Assembly (NCBI GenBank): GCA_964016885.1
Contig: OZ024740.1
Location: 10,850,001 to 10,914,000, forward strand
DNA: 64,000 nt
Reading direction: 5' to 3'
From: Eledone cirrhosa
Lineage: Eukaryota
The position numbers were made by a program, and so were the translations under genes. Of this stretch, positions 60,301-64,000 are shown one piece after another (position 1 is the stretch's first letter; each line of letters opens with the position of its first letter). The notes under the pieces were generated by a model. The model did not search any database and was not told the DNA's origin. It saw only the letters and a list, made by a program, of their open reading frames with translations.

Positions 60301-63300
60301 ATGGGAGTGTTTGATACAGTTATGGGAGTGTTTGATACAGTTATCGGAGTGTTTGATACAGTTATGGTAGTGTTTGATACAGTTATGGTAGTGTTTGATA
60401 TAGTTATGGTAGTGTTTGATACAGTTATGGAAGTGTTTGATACAGTTATGGTAGTGTTTGATACAGTTATGGTAGTGTTTGATACAGTTATGGTAGTGTT
60501 TGATACAGTTATGGTAGTGTTTGATACAGTTATGGTAGTGTTTGATACAGTTATGGGAGTGTTTGATACAGTTATGTTAGTGTTTGATACAGTTATGGTA
60601 GTGTTTGATACAGTTATGGTAGTGTTTGATACAGTTATGGTAGTGTTTGATACAGTTATGGGAGTGTTTGATACAGTTATGGTAGTGTTTGATACAGTTA
60701 TGGGAGTGTTTGATACAGTTATGGTAGTGTTTGATACGGTTATGGTAGTGTTTGATACAGTTATGGTAGTGTTTGATACAGTTATGGGAGTGTTTGATAC
60801 AGTTATGGTAGTGTTTGATACAGTTATGGTAGTGTTTGATACAGTTATGGTAGTGTTTGATACAGTTATGGTAGTGTTTGATACAGTTATGGGAGTGTTT
60901 GATACAGTTATGGTAGTGTTTGATACAGTTATGGAAGTGTTTGATACAGTTATGGTAGTGTTTGATACAGTTATGGTAGTGTTTGATACAGTTATGGTAG
61001 TGTTTGATACAGTTATGGTAGTGTTTGATACAGTTATGGTAGTGTTTGATACAGTTATGGGAGTGTTTGATACAGTTATGGTAGTGTTTGATACAGTTAT
61101 GGTAGTGTTTGATACAGTTATGGTAGTGTTTGATACAGTTATGGTAGTGTTTGATACAGTTATGGGAGTGTTTGATACAGTTATGGTAGTGTTTGATACA
61201 GTTATGGGAGTGTTTGATACAGTTATGGTAGTGTTTGATAGAGTTATGGGAGTGTTTGATACAGTTATGGGAGTGTTTGATACAGTTATTGTAGTGTTTG
61301 ATACAGTTATGGTAGTGTTTGATACAGTTATGGTAGTGTTTGATACAGTTATGGTAGTGTTTGATACAGTTATGGGAGTGTTTGATATAATTATGGTAGT
61401 GTTTGATACAGTTATGGAAGTGTTTGATACAGTTATGGTAGTGTTTGATACAGTTATGGGAGTGTTTGATACAGTTATGGTAGTGTTTGATACAGTTATG
61501 GGAGTGTTTGATAGAGTTATATGAGTATTTGATATAGTTATGGTAGTGTTTGATACAGTTATGGAAGTGTTTGATACAGTTATGGTAGTGTTTGATACAG
61601 TTATGGTAGTGTTTGATACAGTTATGGTAGTGTTTGATATAGTTATGGTAGTGTTTGATACAGTTATGGGAGTGTTTGATACAGTTATGGGAGTGTTTGA
61701 TACAGTTATGGGAGTGTTTGATACAATTATGGCAGTGTTTGATATAGTTATGGTAGTGTTTGATACAGTTATGGGAGTGTTTGATACAATTATGGTAGTG
61801 TTTGATACAATTATGGTAGTGTTTGATATAGTTATGGTAGTGTTTGATACAGTTATGGGAGTGTTTGATACAGTTATGGGAGTGTTTGATACAGTTATGG
61901 GAGTGTTTGATACAGTTATGGGAGTGTTTGATACAGTTATGGGAGTGTTTGATAGAGTTATAGGAGTATTTGATATAGTTATGGTAGTGTTTGATACAGT
62001 TATGGGAGTGTTTGATACAGTTATGGGAGTGTTTGATACAGTTATGGTAGTGTTTGATACGGTTATGGGAGTGGTTGATAGAGTTGTAGGAGTGTTTGAT
62101 ACAGTTATGGTAGTGTTTGATACAATTATGGGAGTGTTTGATACAGTTATGGGTGTGTTTGATACAGTTATGGTAGTGTTTGATACAGTTATAGGAGTGT
62201 TTGATACAGTTATGGTAGTGTTTGATACAGTTATAGGAGTGTTTGATACAGTTATGGGAGTGTTTGATACAGTTATAGGAGTGTTTGATACAGTTATGGT
62301 AGTGTTTGATACAGTTATAGGAGTGTTTGATACAGTTATGGGAGTGTTTGATACAGTTATGGTAGTGTTTGATACAGTTATGGGAGTGTTTGATAGAGTT
62401 GTAGGAGTGTTTGATACAGTTATGGTAGTGTTTGATACAGTTATGGTAGTGTTTGATACAGTTATGGTAGTGTTTGATACAATTATGGGAGTGTTTGATA
62501 CAGTTATGGGTGTGTTTGATACAATTATGGGAGTGTTTGATACAGTTATGGGTGTGTTTGATACAGTTATGGTAGTGTTTGATACAGTTATAGGAGTGTT
62601 TGATACAGTTATGGGAGTGTTTGATACAGTTATGGGAGTGTTTGATACAGTTATGGTAGTGTTTGATACAGTTATAGGAGTGTTTGATACGATTATGGGA
62701 GTGTTTGATAGAGTTATAGGAGTGTTTGATAGAGTTATGGGAGTGTTTGATACAATTATGGTAGTGTTTGATACAGTTATGGGAGTGTTTGATACAGTTA
62801 TGGTAGTGTTTGATACAGTTATGGGAGTGTTTGATACAATTGTGGTAGTGTTTGTTACAGTTATGGTAGTGTTTGATATAATTGTGGTAGTGTTTGATAC
62901 AGTTATGGGAGTGTTTGATACAGTTATGGGAGTGTTTGATACAGTTATGGGAGTGTTTGATACAGTTATGGGAGTGTTTGATACAGTTATCGGAGTGTTT
63001 GATACAGTTATGGTAGTGTTTGATACAGTTATGGTAGTGTTTGATATAGTTATGGTAGTGTTTGATACAGTTATGGAAGTGTTTGATACAGTTATGGTAG
63101 TGTTTGATACAGTTATGGTAGTGTTTGATACAGTTATGGTAGTGTTTGATACAGTTATGGGAGTGTTTGATACAGTTATGGGAGTGTTTGATAGAGTTAT
63201 AGGAGTGTTTGATACAGTTATGGGAGTGTTTGATACAATTATGGTAGTGTTTGATACAGTTATGGGAGTGTTTGATACAGTTATGGTAGTGTTTGATACA

Positions 63301-64000
63301 GTTATGGGAGTGTTTGATACAATTGTGGTAGTGTTTGTTACAGTTATGGTAGTGTTTGATATAATTGTGGTAGTGTTTGATACAGTTATGGGAGTGTTTG
63401 ATACAGTTATGGGAGTGTTTGATACAGTTATGGGAGTGTTTGATACAGTTATGGGAGTGTTTGATACAGTTATCGGAGTGTTTGATACAGTTATGGTAGT
63501 GTTTGATACAGTTATGGTAGTGTTTGATATAGTTATGGTAGTGTTTGATACAGTTATGGAAGTGTTTGATACAGTTATGGTAGTGTTTGATACAGTTATG
63601 GTAGTGTTTGATACAGTTATGGTAGTGTTTGATACAGTTATGGTAGTGTTTGATACAGTTATGGTAGTGTTTGATACAGTTATGGGAGTGTTTGATACAG
63701 TTATGTTAGTGTTTGATACAGTTATGGTAGTGTTTGATACAGTTATGGTAGTGTTTGATACAGTTATGGTAGTGTTTGATACAGTTATGGGAGTGTTTGA
63801 TACAGTTATGGTAGTGTTTGATACAGTTATGGGAGTGTTTGATACAGTTATGGTAGTGTTTGATACGGTTATGGTAGTGTTTGATACAGTTATGGTAGTG
63901 TTTGATACAGTTATGGGAGTGTTTGATACAGTTATGGTAGTGTTTGATACAGTTATGGTAGTGTTTGATACAGTTATGGTAGTGTTTGATACAGTTATGG
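48371..64000. repeat. 21-bp tandem repeat, >740 copies (consensus GGAGTGTTTGATACAGTTATG), running off the window; reads (GVFDTVM)n on + and (PITVSNT)n on -
   Basis: Direct periodicity; one 1-nt deletion near 50189; higher-order duplicated blocks. Confidence 0.98.

Noticed and set aside
50200-61524. 3774-aa (GVFDTVM)n ORF as a stand-alone gene
   Set aside because: It starts inside the repeat after a frameshift and its substitutions are non-conservative. Kept only as a conditional splice hypothesis.

Overview
Repeat-rich, AT-rich animal genomic DNA. The SINE and RTE families and the (TA)n/(GAT)n tracts look cephalopod (octopus-like); this is an inference. From left to right: (1) 1-5770 is a ~1.45 kb-unit tandem array in which every unit carries one 21-24 nt candidate microexon with canonical splice sites. 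(2) 5.8-33 kb is a nest of retroelements: tRNA-derived SINEs, decayed RTE LINEs, one near-intact Penelope-like element (RT + GIY-YIG) with an inverted 3' duplication, a second decayed Penelope-like element, and many short (TA)n-embedded elements carrying type I hammerhead ribozyme motifs. (3) 33.4-46.5 kb is a 48-bp satellite expanded from a SINE-internal subrepeat. (4) Two or three further candidate phase-1 exons lie at 47-48.4 kb. (5) A >15.6 kb 21-bp repeat runs off the right edge, and its minus strand reads as a mucin-like (PITVSNT)n. The best leads are the microexon-per-repeat gene and the hammerhead-bearing mini-elements, one of which folds back almost exactly at the predicted ribozyme cleavage site. 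All splicing and ribozyme calls were made by eye and are untested.
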